A stretch of DNA of 64,000 nucleotides, from IMG/VR virus record IMGVR_UViG_3300028783_000001, positions 1 through 64,000 of that record. One strand, given 5' to 3'. Both the position numbers and the translations under genes were made by a program. The notes beneath the pieces were generated by a model, which saw only the letters and a program-made list of their open reading frames with translations, did not search any database and was not told where the DNA came from. The DNA comes from a virus. Positions 10,002 to 20,198 of the stretch are shown here, piece after piece. Positions within the stretch are counted from its first letter, which is position 1. Every line of letters begins with the position of its first letter.

Positions 10002-11591
10002 ATGAAGTTTCGTGGAATAGCGTTGTGCGGGCTAACGCACGCCGGCAAATCTGAATGTGCACGATTCTTGGAAGCTAATTTCAGGATGAAGAAGGTGCAT
10101 GTAAAGATCCTACTGGGCGAGATGATCGCTCCGCTTCTGATCAGGCTTGGTGTAGACATCGACGACATCCCTTCCTATGTATTTGGCGACAAGATCGATG
10201 AGCCGCTTCCAGGTGATCCGTTGCTGACAACGCGCGTATTGCTACAAGCCCAGGGCTGCGGCTTCCTGGATGAGCTTCCAGATCCGATGATCGCGCAGCG
10301 CCTAGTTGTCAATGAGGTCGGTGCGGGAATCCCCGTCGTCGTGGAGAGTGTACGCTACGCTCGCGAGGCAGAGTGGCTGAGAGCAAACGGCTTCCTACTC
10401 GTGCGAATCATTCGTCCTAGCTACCTGTCAAATGCTCCCGGCATGGATCACAAATCGGAGCACGACCAGATCTTCAGCGTCGACTACACGATTGCAAATG
10501 ACGGCACACTTAGTCAGCTGCTCGACGCCATAAGCACGATTGCTACAACCTGCGGGTTTGAGCCGATTGCAGCCTGTTCACGAGTCCCACGATTGGTGCT
10601 TGTCAACGGCAGGCCACGCGTTGGCAAGGACACGTTTGTCGAGTATGCAACGAGTTATATTCGGCGTAGATTCAACTGGCCAACCGATGTCTACAGCTCT
10701 ATCGATCCAGTCCGTGAGGCCCTGAAGGCAATCAACGTCGACGTCTCCGCAAAGGACGCTAAGGACCGCGACCTCTTGTCAGAGATGGGTGCGGCGCTTG
10801 AAAAGCACTGCGGCTTCCGGTCCTTTAGGACGATGCAGGTAATTCAGAGCACCTTTTTCGCAAACGGAACGGCCTTCGTCTACGTTCGCGAAGCCTACAT
10901 GATGGACAAGATTGAGCAGCAGATACACAAAGCCGCCATGGCGGGATTATTGCCGCACGTCCTAGTATCCAAGTTGTGGGTCACACGCATGCGTGCAACC
11001 GACCTACCTCAGCCTACGAACCACAGTGACGACATCGACGGTACCGAGGTTGAGTATGATTGGCAGGTAGTAAATAACGGTACGCTAGACGACTTGCGGG
11101 AGTTGGCGATCCGCTTTGTCGACGCATTGCTTTCCGGTAGGGAGAGTGGCTACTTCACACCTCTACACAGCCCTGGCACACTCGCGGACACTGGAATGTG
11201 TCCAGCTATATCAAACCATGCGAAAGCACCAGTGAATGAAGTCGTAAACGTAGATTACGATCTTGCTGGTTTTCTTGCGGAGGTCAAGGAAATGTTCAAT
11301 GATGACGTGGAGCACGAAGTTGTAGATCCGACAGCGGCTAATGCTGAGAAGCTCATGAACAACGTAGGGGATGACGCAATCTTCGACAAACCCTTCTATG
11401 GTGACGACTATTTACTGGCAGTCAAGACAGCGTTGGATGAGAAGCGTCACAGGGTAGAGGATACCATCAATAGAGTAGAAGACGTTGCCTTCAGCACGCA
11501 GCCAGCAGAGAAGAGGAAGAAGGAAAAACGTGATCCATTTACCACGTACATCCGTAGCTGGTATCGTGGTTTTGGTGGATTTGGTTGGTAA
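10002..11591 (+). CDS. tandem deoxynucleoside-monophosphate kinase-like protein (two P-loop domains)
   Basis: Walker A CGLTHAGKS and NGRPRVGKD; each domain ends with the dNMP-kinase HxS(E/D)...xNxGTL signature. Confidence 0.75.
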   Translation: MKFRGIALCGLTHAGKSECARFLEANFRMKKVHVKILLGEMIAPLLIRLGVDIDDIPSYVFGDKIDEPLPGDPLLTTRVLLQAQGCGFLDELPDPMIAQRLVVNEVGAGIPVVVESVRYAREAEWLRANGFLLVRIIRPSYLSNAPGMDHKSEHDQIFSVDYTIANDGTLSQLLDAISTIATTCGFEPIAACSRVPRLVLVNGRPRVGKDTFVEYATSYIRRRFNWPTDVYSSIDPVREALKAINVDVSAKDAKDRDLLSEMGAALEKHCGFRSFRTMQVIQSTFFANGTAFVYVREAYMMDKIEQQIHKAAMAGLLPHVLVSKLWVTRMRATDLPQPTNHSDDIDGTEVEYDWQVVNNGTLDDLRELAIRFVDALLSGRESGYFTPLHSPGTLADTGMCPAISNHAKAPVNEVVNVDYDLAGFLAEVKEMFNDDVEHEVVDPTAANAEKLMNNVGDDAIFDKPFYGDDYLLAVKTALDEKRHRVEDTINRVEDVAFSTQPAEKRKKEKRDPFTTYIRSWYRGFGGFGW

Positions 11592-11606
11592 TCAAGGAGA
11601 CTAGGG

Positions 11607-12668
11607 ATGATAATACAACCGAGTAAGGAAGCCATTCTCAAAGCCGCTGCGGCTATCAACAGCACAAAGGATGTGCGTGGTAGGATGTTATCACAGGACG
11701 CTATTAAGACCATATTAGAAGCGGCATACGCCGTCGATGGGGAAAACAATCTTAGCACTGCGGCTATAAAGGAGAGCGTTTTTAAACCTAGCGCAGAGGG
11801 TATCCGTGCAGCAACTAAAATCTTGGGCGACCATGGATGGTACTCCCTATCGTACAATTACAATGCGATGGATGAGGCACTTACGAAGGCTTATGAAACC
11901 GACCTTGCTGAGCCGATTCGATTTACGACGGACGGTGGGACTCACTACTCCGTCACGGTCGATCAGTTTAAGCGTCGGCTCTCTCTATTCGAGAGCGATA
12001 TCGCTTCATTAATCCGTCAGCGCGATGAAGCGGTTAAGGACAATGCCGGCTTACGCAGCAGGCTTTTTCAGCAGAAGCTTGAGAGCGAGACCGGTGGTGA
12101 TCATCACCTACAGCATGTAATCGCAACCTATAAGGCAACGCAGGAACGGCTTCAGAAGAGGGTTGCCGAACTGGAAGAGTCGCTCGATGAAGCGGCGCGT
12201 AAGGCTAGCGCAAATGCTAGTGTTACCAGATCCTTTATACTGTCAATCGACACGGCGCATCGTGTCATAGGGGACCTGCGCGAGCAGGTTACTGGGATTA
12301 CAATGGATCGCGATGGAGCGCGAGCCGTGGTGGCCGGATTAAACCGGGATATAGACTCGTTGAAGAAGCAGGTTGCCGATCTCACCGCTACAGCATACAA
12401 AGGTGTCAACCACACGATCTGCGCCGCTGAGGTATCGGGGACCAAGAATGGTCACTCATGGTTTGTCCGTGAGAGCATCGCTCGCCTTGAACGTGCTCGG
12501 TGGTATGTCGATAAGCATACCAAGAGAGTGATCGACTTCATTAACGGTAATTATTACTGCGAATGGACGGTATCGAGCTATGCCCGTGAGCCGATAGTGG
12601 TTGTGGGTCCAAGTGATGAGTATTGTTTGCAAAAGTTGTGCGACTATCTAATTCTAAAGGGGTATTGA
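11607..12668 (+). CDS. coiled-coil protein with duplicated N-terminal module
   Basis: PSKEAILKAA...LEAAYAVD and PSAEGIRAA...LTKAYETD; heptad-rich middle. Confidence 0.6.
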   Translation: MIIQPSKEAILKAAAAINSTKDVRGRMLSQDAIKTILEAAYAVDGENNLSTAAIKESVFKPSAEGIRAATKILGDHGWYSLSYNYNAMDEALTKAYETDLAEPIRFTTDGGTHYSVTVDQFKRRLSLFESDIASLIRQRDEAVKDNAGLRSRLFQQKLESETGGDHHLQHVIATYKATQERLQKRVAELEESLDEAARKASANASVTRSFILSIDTAHRVIGDLREQVTGITMDRDGARAVVAGLNRDIDSLKKQVADLTATAYKGVNHTICAAEVSGTKNGHSWFVRESIARLERARWYVDKHTKRVIDFINGNYYCEWTVSSYAREPIVVVGPSDEYCLQKLCDYLILKGY

Positions 12669-12895
12669 TGTCACAGCCAAATCACCACTCAATCGCTGAG
12701 GCGGTGGCCAACACCGCCTCAGGAATGATAGTCTCATTCGTGGCCGCCTACTATGTGTTTCCAATGGTAGGGGTTGCGATTAACGCTGGGCAAAATGCGG
12801 TGTTGACCGTCGTGTTTACCCTAATCTCGCTGATTCGCACCTATGCGTTTCGGCGTCTGTTTAATCGTCTTCACCAACAGGGATGGTGGCAGTAA
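12668..12895 (+). CDS. small two-TM membrane protein of a common phage family
   Basis: HSIAEAVANTASG...FTLISLIRTYAFRRLFN. Confidence 0.65.
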   Translation: MSQPNHHSIAEAVANTASGMIVSFVAAYYVFPMVGVAINAGQNAVLTVVFTLISLIRTYAFRRLFNRLHQQGWWQ

Positions 12896-12904
12896 GGAGT
12901 CGGC

Positions 12905-13216
12905 ATGAAGAGCTTATTTATGATCACCGTTACAGAGCCTAGATTCACCGTCGCGGTTGGGATGTCCGTGGCGTCTAAGTTTGGCGCGAGCATGCTGCAT
13001 ATAAATAGCCTCACGTGGATTGTAGGTGTTGATGATCTAGAGTGCAACGACATCTCCTACTCACTCGGACTATTAAAACGCGCGGGAAGAACCCAGATAA
13101 AGGAAATTACATATCCAAGTGCACTTGTTATGCGGGTATCATCATATTTCGGCCGCGCCAATCCCAACGTGTGGGAATCGCTAAAATCAATGTCTGGCTG
13201 GGAGCTGGAAAAATGA
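12905..13216 (+). CDS. hypothetical protein
   Basis: AAGGAG RBS. Confidence 0.55.
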   Translation: MKSLFMITVTEPRFTVAVGMSVASKFGASMLHINSLTWIVGVDDLECNDISYSLGLLKRAGRTQIKEITYPSALVMRVSSYFGRANPNVWESLKSMSGWELEK

Positions 13217-13566
13217 GCAACGAGATTGATGAGAACACGCCACCCGGAACCGATATTGTATGTATCCGTGAGATTAAGGTAGGGAGCCTAGCTGGAAATC
13301 CGCCGCGACCTACGGTCGGCGCATACTACACAATTAGCCAGGTGACCTTAGCGTCTCGGGGGTTCGGCCCACAAGGAGTCGTAATCTTTCTAGGAGAGTT
13401 GCCGCCCCACATAACTACCATATATGGGCAACCCTGTCGCATCGGATACGACGCTCGCGACTTCCGCCGCCTTGACAAGTGGGTCGCCAAGTTGGCGCAG
13501 ACGTCCAATCTATTTGTTCGTGCAGAGCAGGGTATCGATATTGATACTTTGGTAGACATAACGTGA
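13213..13566 (+). CDS. hypothetical protein
   Basis: ATGA overlap with upstream stop (MSNEID...). Confidence 0.55.
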   Translation: MSNEIDENTPPGTDIVCIREIKVGSLAGNPPRPTVGAYYTISQVTLASRGFGPQGVVIFLGELPPHITTIYGQPCRIGYDARDFRRLDKWVAKLAQTSNLFVRAEQGIDIDTLVDIT

Positions 13567-13573
13567 GGCTAAC

Positions 13574-13855
13574 ATGGCAGACAGGACGAAGGATCAGATA
13601 CTAGACCAGGCTGTATATGCCATTGCGAGTCTGCACCGGCACTATGGACCAGGCTTAACAGCAGAGGGTCTACAGCACGTTAGGAAGCTATTGTCTGAGA
13701 TTGGCTTCTGTACCGACTCCTGTTACCGGGTCGACGTATACGATGACGATCCGCTTGCAGACTTCTACCAGCGGATTGTCCAGCCAGGTGGATGGGATAA
13801 TTTAGACTACGATGACACCATCGCTAGAAGCATGCCAGGATATGAAGGGTATTAA
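13574..13855 (+). CDS. hypothetical protein
   Basis: GAGG RBS. Confidence 0.55.
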   Translation: MADRTKDQILDQAVYAIASLHRHYGPGLTAEGLQHVRKLLSEIGFCTDSCYRVDVYDDDPLADFYQRIVQPGGWDNLDYDDTIARSMPGYEGY

Positions 13856-13856
13856 C

Positions 13857-15299
13857 ATGAGCTATGTGGATAGGGTTAATGTGCGGTTGCTTCCGCCGGA
13901 GATTCGGGGTGAACCAGAAGCTCAAGCCATGTTGGGAGCATTCTGGTCACGTAGTCAGATGCCAATAGAGGAGAGATTAAAGACGTTTGATGATATATCA
14001 GATCTTAAGAATAAGTTGCAGCATATTGTAGTTGGATATGGTCATTCCAGTTTATTAGACATGGCAAACGTAGCAATCTTCATCGAGCGCATTCCAATTC
14101 TCGCGGCAGTAGCCATCGAGAACCACGCGATGTTTGCTGGTCAAGAGACTAGTACGCGCTATGTGGACTGGGGCACGGAGGAGTTTATCAATCCTTTCGC
14201 TGAGGTCGGAACCGACTGGTTGGCAGACGAGGGTGGGGTCGCGCGTACCTTGCACGTTTTGCACAAGTATTTGCGCGAGACTTATGTCGCAGTCGCAGAG
14301 GGCATGTTTAAGCGGCTCTGGAATAGCAGTGGTGGTTTAATCGCTGCTGATGAAACCGATGGTGGGATTGATCCTGCTGCAGCCAAGCGGGCGATGAAGG
14401 CGCGAGCCTTCGACGTCGCACGTGGGTTCCTTCCCGCCGCTGCGGTTACAAACGTCTGTTGGAGCGGTCGCCTAAGCTCAATCCTCGCGCACCTATCCGT
14501 GCTTCTTATTCATCCAGACCACACAATCGTGGACATCGCTCGCAAGATTCATACCGTCTTGCACGACGCCTTCCCGAAGGTCGTGCCGGTCGACATGCGC
14601 AGCGAAGACGCCAAATATGCAGAGGCGTATTGGTTTGGCCCGATGTCCACGATGGGTGCGCTGGAGCCTGCACTACTTACAATGACGGGCGACGACCTGA
14701 ATCGGTACGGCACTACCTATAAGCGTCAGCGCAAGGAGCGTGTTCCTCCGAGCATTGGTGCAAGGGTCGACGTCATGATCCAGTCGTGGATCGACTACGG
14801 ATCGTTTCGCGACCTGAATAGGCACCGCGTCGGTTACAAGGACGTCTACCCACCAGACCTCGTCGCCGACATCCATCCCTGGTATATTGAGATGGCTGGC
14901 GACTCGCTTCCTGCAGACTTCACAAACACGCTCAAGCACCTGCAGAACAGGTTCAGCGATGCCTACTTCGAGGCTAGCAGGGACATCGACAAGTACTACC
15001 CCGACTATGTGCGTTACGAAAACATGCTGGCCTACGGCGCACCGCTTGGCGTTTTGGTGCCAGTAAACTACAAGATGGATCTTGCGCAGTACATCTACCT
15101 CGTTGAGTTGCGCAGCGGTATCGATGTCCATCCGACGCTGCGCAAGATGATCCACGAGGCCCACGCCGACTTCAAAAACTTCCACAGCAAGGGAATCAAT
15201 ATCCAGATTCATGCCGACGAGCGACCTGATCCTGGATTCAACGGCTTCATGCTCTCGCGCGGCGGTCAGACAATCCTCATAGGAGGGCAAGCCATATAG
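13857..15299 (+). CDS. thyX: flavin-dependent thymidylate synthase, long two-domain type
   Basis: YGHSSL, QETSTRY, FDVARGFLPAA, FRDLNRHR, YLVELRS...HPTLR. Confidence 0.85.
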   Translation: MSYVDRVNVRLLPPEIRGEPEAQAMLGAFWSRSQMPIEERLKTFDDISDLKNKLQHIVVGYGHSSLLDMANVAIFIERIPILAAVAIENHAMFAGQETSTRYVDWGTEEFINPFAEVGTDWLADEGGVARTLHVLHKYLRETYVAVAEGMFKRLWNSSGGLIAADETDGGIDPAAAKRAMKARAFDVARGFLPAAAVTNVCWSGRLSSILAHLSVLLIHPDHTIVDIARKIHTVLHDAFPKVVPVDMRSEDAKYAEAYWFGPMSTMGALEPALLTMTGDDLNRYGTTYKRQRKERVPPSIGARVDVMIQSWIDYGSFRDLNRHRVGYKDVYPPDLVADIHPWYIEMAGDSLPADFTNTLKHLQNRFSDAYFEASRDIDKYYPDYVRYENMLAYGAPLGVLVPVNYKMDLAQYIYLVELRSGIDVHPTLRKMIHEAHADFKNFHSKGINIQIHADERPDPGFNGFMLSRGGQTILIGGQAI

Positions 15300-15355
15300 C
15301 AAACGGCTAGTGAGTAAATACACCCGGCAGGGCAATTCCTGCCGGGAGAATAATC

Positions 15356-16471
15356 ATGAACGACGCTGTAATTGAAGACCTCCAGTGCGACCGCGCCCTC
15401 GCAAGCGTTCGTCGCATTGACAGGGTAGTCCCCCACCCAGACGCGGACCTGCTCGACCTCGCTATCATTGGCGGCTGGCAGTGCGTTACGCAGAAGAGCA
15501 ACAACTTCAAGGAGGGTGATCTCGTCTGCTACTTTGAGATTGATTCATTCTTACCAATCGAAGATCAGTGGGAGTGGTTACGGAAGTCAAGCTACCGCAA
15601 GATGGGTGGGCGTGAAGGATTCCGCATCAAGACGATTAAGCTGCGTAAGGAGCTATCGCAGGGCCTGATCATGCCGCTGGAGGAGATTGGCTTTATTTAT
15701 GATCACTCAGATGCAAAATGGTATTCTAGCCCAGAGCACGCTGCTAGCGTTTTAGAAGGTGATGATCTTACATCCTACCTTGGCGTCGTCAAGTGGGACC
15801 CGCCGCTTCCGGCCTGTCTTGGTGGAGTAGCACGCGGCAACTTCCCCACCTTCATTAAGAGGACTGACCAGAGCCGCGTGCAAAACCTCTCGCGCTACCT
15901 AGACTTCCACAGTGAGCGAGAATTTGAGGTCACGCTAAAGCTCGACGGATCATCGTGTACGGTGTATAGCTGCCCAGACGACGTCGTTCCAAGGCAGGGC
16001 GTCTGCTCGCGCAACCTCGATCTGGTTGAGACGGACGGCAACTCATTTTGGCAGATCGTGCGTCAGACCCAGCTGCTAGAGGCGATGCACCATGTTGGTG
16101 GAACCTACGCCATCCAGGGCGAGCTAATGGGTCCTGGAATCCAGAAGAATCCAGAGAATTTGCCGGCGCTGGCTCTCTACGTATTCGACGTCTACGCCAT
16201 CGATACGTGCCGCTACCTCAACCCACATGAGCGTCGCGACTACCTGGCGCAGCTTATGGAGCAGGGAGCAACGGTAGACGAGGCACCGGTCATTATCTCA
16301 GCCACTACGCTAAAGCCCTACGGGAGCATTGCTGGCCTACTCGCTCACGCCGCAGCTATTCCGTCAATCAACAATAAGATTGCTGAAGGTGCTGTGTGGA
16401 AGAGCTGCTCCGGTGATCGATTCTCGTTTAAGGTGATCTCGAACAAATATCTGCTCAAGGAGAAGGACTGA
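15356..16471 (+). CDS. ATP-dependent RNA ligase (DRB0094/Rnl2-like, N-terminal OB domain)
   Basis: KLDGSS (motif I), VCSRN, QGELMGPGIQKN, FDVY, EGAVWK, FKVISNKYL. Confidence 0.9.
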   Translation: MNDAVIEDLQCDRALASVRRIDRVVPHPDADLLDLAIIGGWQCVTQKSNNFKEGDLVCYFEIDSFLPIEDQWEWLRKSSYRKMGGREGFRIKTIKLRKELSQGLIMPLEEIGFIYDHSDAKWYSSPEHAASVLEGDDLTSYLGVVKWDPPLPACLGGVARGNFPTFIKRTDQSRVQNLSRYLDFHSEREFEVTLKLDGSSCTVYSCPDDVVPRQGVCSRNLDLVETDGNSFWQIVRQTQLLEAMHHVGGTYAIQGELMGPGIQKNPENLPALALYVFDVYAIDTCRYLNPHERRDYLAQLMEQGATVDEAPVIISATTLKPYGSIAGLLAHAAAIPSINNKIAEGAVWKSCSGDRFSFKVISNKYLLKEKD

Positions 16472-16890
16472 TGTTTTCTTTCCAAAAACGAGCCTATAAG
16501 TGGTTGCTTGCTGCCTTCGGTGGTGAACACAACGCTCACAGCTCAGCGGATGATCCGCTGAGCTACGTCGACGGTATTGCCGAGCGAATCCACCGACACT
16601 GGGAAGAGTCGCTTGAGCTAGGTCAGTCACTTGGTGGAACGGCTGAGGAGGCCCACCAGCTTGTCGACTACGTGTTTAGCAGACCCGCTGGTGAGCCCTA
16701 CCAAGAGGTTGGTGGAACCATCGTTACACTAGCTCTGCTATGCGAGGTAGCTCATATCAATATGGAACTCGCTGCAGAGGAGGAACTAGATCGCGTGTGG
16801 GACAAGATTGAGATTATCCGGGCAAAGCGCAATAGCAAGCCAGACCTCGGCCCACTACCAGGCTTTACAATCGAGGGAGATTACATCTAA
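16471..16890 (+). CDS. MazG-like nucleotide pyrophosphohydrolase-family protein
   Basis: RHWEESLEL...QEVGG helical acidic motifs. Confidence 0.55.
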   Translation: MFSFQKRAYKWLLAAFGGEHNAHSSADDPLSYVDGIAERIHRHWEESLELGQSLGGTAEEAHQLVDYVFSRPAGEPYQEVGGTIVTLALLCEVAHINMELAAEEELDRVWDKIEIIRAKRNSKPDLGPLPGFTIEGDYI

Positions 16891-17129
16891 TGCCTCGCGC
16901 TACGATGAGGATCGACATTCCCTATGGGATGAGTACCGACGTCGCCATAGCCTACGTTAAAAACGAGATGTATGATCGTGGCTACCCAGCCTCGTCGTGC
17001 AAGCCCTCTCTGGTAGAGGAAGAATGTATCCGCAACTCCCTGGGAGAGATTACCCAGCTGATGATTGCCTACGATGCAATGGAGAGCGATTTAGATGCGG
17101 AGATTCTCAGTCCCAAACTCCCAGAGTGA
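16890..17129 (+). CDS. hypothetical protein
   Basis: TAATG overlap; GAGGG RBS. Confidence 0.5.
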   Translation: MPRATMRIDIPYGMSTDVAIAYVKNEMYDRGYPASSCKPSLVEEECIRNSLGEITQLMIAYDAMESDLDAEILSPKLPE

Positions 17130-17529
17130 TGGAAGCAACCATCGTTCCGGCGACAGCAACTGTCCCCAGTGTTGGGACGGTCATCCGCACAAGTGTAAGT
17201 GTGGCGGGTTAATCCACTGCGAGTATGATGGTGAAGATCCCGATGGATTATACCGCCTTGCGTGCGTGTGCGACGTATGCGGACCAGACTACGAGGAGGA
17301 AGAATGCACACCGTGATGATAGTCGTCCCAGACTTTCTCACACCGGAGGATGCAGTATCTCATATCCGCAATGAGATTCGAAAGCTTGGCCTACCAGCAG
17401 ACCTATATCCAATAGAGGCCCTTGCGCTAGATGCAACGGCATTCTCGTTTACCTATCACCCGTCACGATCCGACGTTCAGGTGATAATCAACCGACCAAT
17501 TTGAAACATGTTACCAATGGAGTGAAACT

Positions 17530-17871
17530 ATGTTTGACCAATATCGTGTAAAGATCGGCCAGAGCCTGCCTAAGTTTGTCTTTGCCTTTTTACCGGATAG
17601 CGTAGAGGCTTGGCTCCTTGCACCACCAGTGACGCCAAAGCCCATGAGCCCGTCAGCATGGTTGCTGATCGCGTCAATCGTCTTGACCGCTATGTTCATC
17701 AGTCCAAACGGTGGGCTAGCGCTCCTGATCGTCATGCCAATCAACGTCATCATCCTGATCGCGGCACGACTGGCTGCAAGACATGAAGCTCGCGTTGAGG
17801 CTGGTCACGTGACTCGCGGCTATGTGCCCACTACCCCAGTTGCCGCTGGGCAACCCAAACGATGGTTCTAA
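17530..17871 (+). CDS. membrane protein (2 TM)
   Basis: Hydrophobic stretches WLLIASIVLTAMFI and LALLIVMPINVIILIAA. Confidence 0.6.
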   Translation: MFDQYRVKIGQSLPKFVFAFLPDSVEAWLLAPPVTPKPMSPSAWLLIASIVLTAMFISPNGGLALLIVMPINVIILIAARLAARHEARVEAGHVTRGYVPTTPVAAGQPKRWF

Positions 17872-18321
17872 TTATAGGAGAGAGTGCGTGAATAAAGACG
17901 TGAAATTTGGGGAGCTGCGCGTTGGTGACGGAGTCGAGTTTTTGACTTCACCATTGCGTGCAGCTCCCATGAATGGGGTAGTTTCGTTGCTAAATGCCTC
18001 GACGCTTACATTTGAGGCCGCTGATGGTGCAAAGGTGAGTCTACGCCGCGCTTCGCTGGTATTAGAGAAGCGCACCCGCCTTGGCAATGGTCATTCAAAT
18101 TGGCTGTTTGAGTGAGGGTAGAAGATGTGTGAGTATGACGAATCTTTAGATGAATTACCAAATATCCATGAGGTATGGGCTGGAATGACTGCTCATTGGG
18201 AGGTATGGGACACGTCGCCATTGATAACTCTTTGGTGTGTGGGTAAGGGGAGGTGGCCTGTATGGTGGAATTATGTTGTCCTACCTCAAGCACCAAAGTC
18301 GGCTACTCAAGGGAGCATGTG

Positions 18322-18738
18322 ATGTGGTATCAATTGACGATCCTCAGACCGTTGGCAGACCACCACACACTAGACGTGGACGCCGACTACTGGTTGCGAA
18401 ACGTAAATATACCACTCGCGCCCTTCTTTATCATATTTGAGTCGGTAACTGCTGACCCACGATACATTGGAAACGATGCTTACCTGCGGAGTAGGCTCTA
18501 CGATTATACAGAGCGTAGACTATTCAACATGATCAGCCGTGATGAATTGAGCGACGGCAACGCTGTGTGCGACTCAACGAACAATACTCCGAATCTGATA
18601 GAGTCGGGCAACGTGATGCTAGAGGTCCACATGAGAGCATCTCCTTCGATTGAATACGGCAGACTCCGCATGACATTATTCGATCCGTCACTGGCTCAGA
18701 AACCGATAGTGGAGACTCATCATGATCAAAATTCTTGA
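18322..18738 (+). CDS. hypothetical protein
   Basis: ORF 18253-18738; likely start MWYQL. Confidence 0.5.
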   Translation: MWYQLTILRPLADHHTLDVDADYWLRNVNIPLAPFFIIFESVTADPRYIGNDAYLRSRLYDYTERRLFNMISRDELSDGNAVCDSTNNTPNLIESGNVMLEVHMRASPSIEYGRLRMTLFDPSLAQKPIVETHHDQNS

Positions 18739-19456
18739 GGGCACCGATCCGATTAGCTCGCTGGCTGAGGCGAGCGATGCAACCTGGTTCATTCCTCACG
18801 TAGAGGGATCTGACAAGGTTTTATGTCTGATGCTAGGCATGAGCAATATGTTTGGCAATATCTCCATCGCCAAAAGCGACCGGCGTCACGTGTTTCCGCG
18901 CCATTACCATGGGCCAAGACACGTCGGCCGCATGTGGCAGGAGTACATCGCCATCGAGCGTGGGGACACCTACTACACCCAATACCGATCTCGCGAGATG
19001 AGAGACACTGTAGCCTACTTCGCATGGTATCACGACGCTGCCCTATGTGCCGGACCTGCTGGTCAGAGTGAGCATCTATCGGCCATGTGCTTTTCAGAGA
19101 CGATGGCCACTAGCCCTGATTGCCTGGAACCGAAGCTAGCCCATACCGTGACGCAAGCAATCCTCTACACAGCCCAGCACACCAGTTACATGCCCTGGCT
19201 AAGCGACTCCATTAAGCTGCTTCTCGACCTCGACCTTGCAGAGCTAGGCACCGACCGCTACACGATAAACGGTGAGCTGATTCGTAAGGAGTATGACTAC
19301 GTCGATCACATGACGTTTGTACATGGACGCATCAAGTTTTTGCAAGCAATGCTAGCGCGGGAGAAGATTTATTATAATCCCTGCTTTGCAGACCGTGAAG
19401 GCCGTGCTCGCGAAAATATCCAAGCCGACCTAAACCTACTTGGTTATGTACCGTGA
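18722..19456 (+). CDS. HD-domain metal-dependent phosphohydrolase
   Basis: RHYHGPRH, AWYHDA, SEHLSA, LLDLDLAELG, IRKEY. Confidence 0.8.
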   Translation: MIKILEGTDPISSLAEASDATWFIPHVEGSDKVLCLMLGMSNMFGNISIAKSDRRHVFPRHYHGPRHVGRMWQEYIAIERGDTYYTQYRSREMRDTVAYFAWYHDAALCAGPAGQSEHLSAMCFSETMATSPDCLEPKLAHTVTQAILYTAQHTSYMPWLSDSIKLLLDLDLAELGTDRYTINGELIRKEYDYVDHMTFVHGRIKFLQAMLAREKIYYNPCFADREGRARENIQADLNLLGYVP

Positions 19457-19761
19457 AATACGATCCAAGTCTGTTGCCGACCGACCAGCGAGCCGCCTTA
19501 GTTGCGCGGCTCGCTATGTTGAATCCAACTCAGCAGCTTGACCTGCTAGAGCGTCTAGGGCGTCAGCCCTACCTCTACTACGTCGTCCGTATGAAGAACC
19601 GGCGTGCGGCTCGCTATGACCGAGATGAAGTGCTGGCGATGCGCGCAGTTAGTGGATCGACCATCGTTGGTGTAAAAAGTGATGGAGTAAAAATGGTAAC
19701 GTATAGAGCCCGCGACGGTGCGTGGTTTCCCGTCACTGGTGTTCGGAGAGCCATTACATGA
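19453..19761 (+). CDS. hypothetical protein, paralog of next gene
   Basis: Shares LxRLxRQPY...RxDRD...GV..DG with 19758-20198. Confidence 0.6.
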   Translation: MKYDPSLLPTDQRAALVARLAMLNPTQQLDLLERLGRQPYLYYVVRMKNRRAARYDRDEVLAMRAVSGSTIVGVKSDGVKMVTYRARDGAWFPVTGVRRAIT

Positions 19762-20198
19762 CTGAAATTATGATGAACCCCTACGCGCAACTTGCTAAGC
19801 AGGCTCGTGCGCTACTGCGCCTGGAGTTGGAATTTTCTCCAGAGGAGCGGGCCAAATCTTCGTGGTTGTCTCAGATTGAGTTTTGTGGAACCAAGATTGT
19901 CCTCGGCAAGGGCGGCGCAAACACCCTATTCTATTCACTGGGCAACGGCGAGCGTCAGATCGGCTACCCAAACGTTGTGGTCGACATGCTCGACAGGCTG
20001 TCGCGTCAGCCATACGTGCTCTACGTCGTTCAGGTCGGCAGCAAGCACGCAACTCGCTTCGACAGGGACCAGGCTCTCGCATTCAAGCCGGTTGCCGGTG
20101 CAAGTATCTTTGGAGTAGCTTTAGACGGATCGAAGCACCCAGCCTATCGTGCTAAGAGCGCGTTGTCTGGATCCAGAAAATGGATGGCCGTAAAGTGA
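19758..20198 (+). CDS. hypothetical protein, paralog of previous gene
   Basis: ATGA overlap; shared C-terminal domain. Confidence 0.6.
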   Translation: MTEIMMNPYAQLAKQARALLRLELEFSPEERAKSSWLSQIEFCGTKIVLGKGGANTLFYSLGNGERQIGYPNVVVDMLDRLSRQPYVLYVVQVGSKHATRFDRDQALAFKPVAGASIFGVALDGSKHPAYRAKSALSGSRKWMAVK

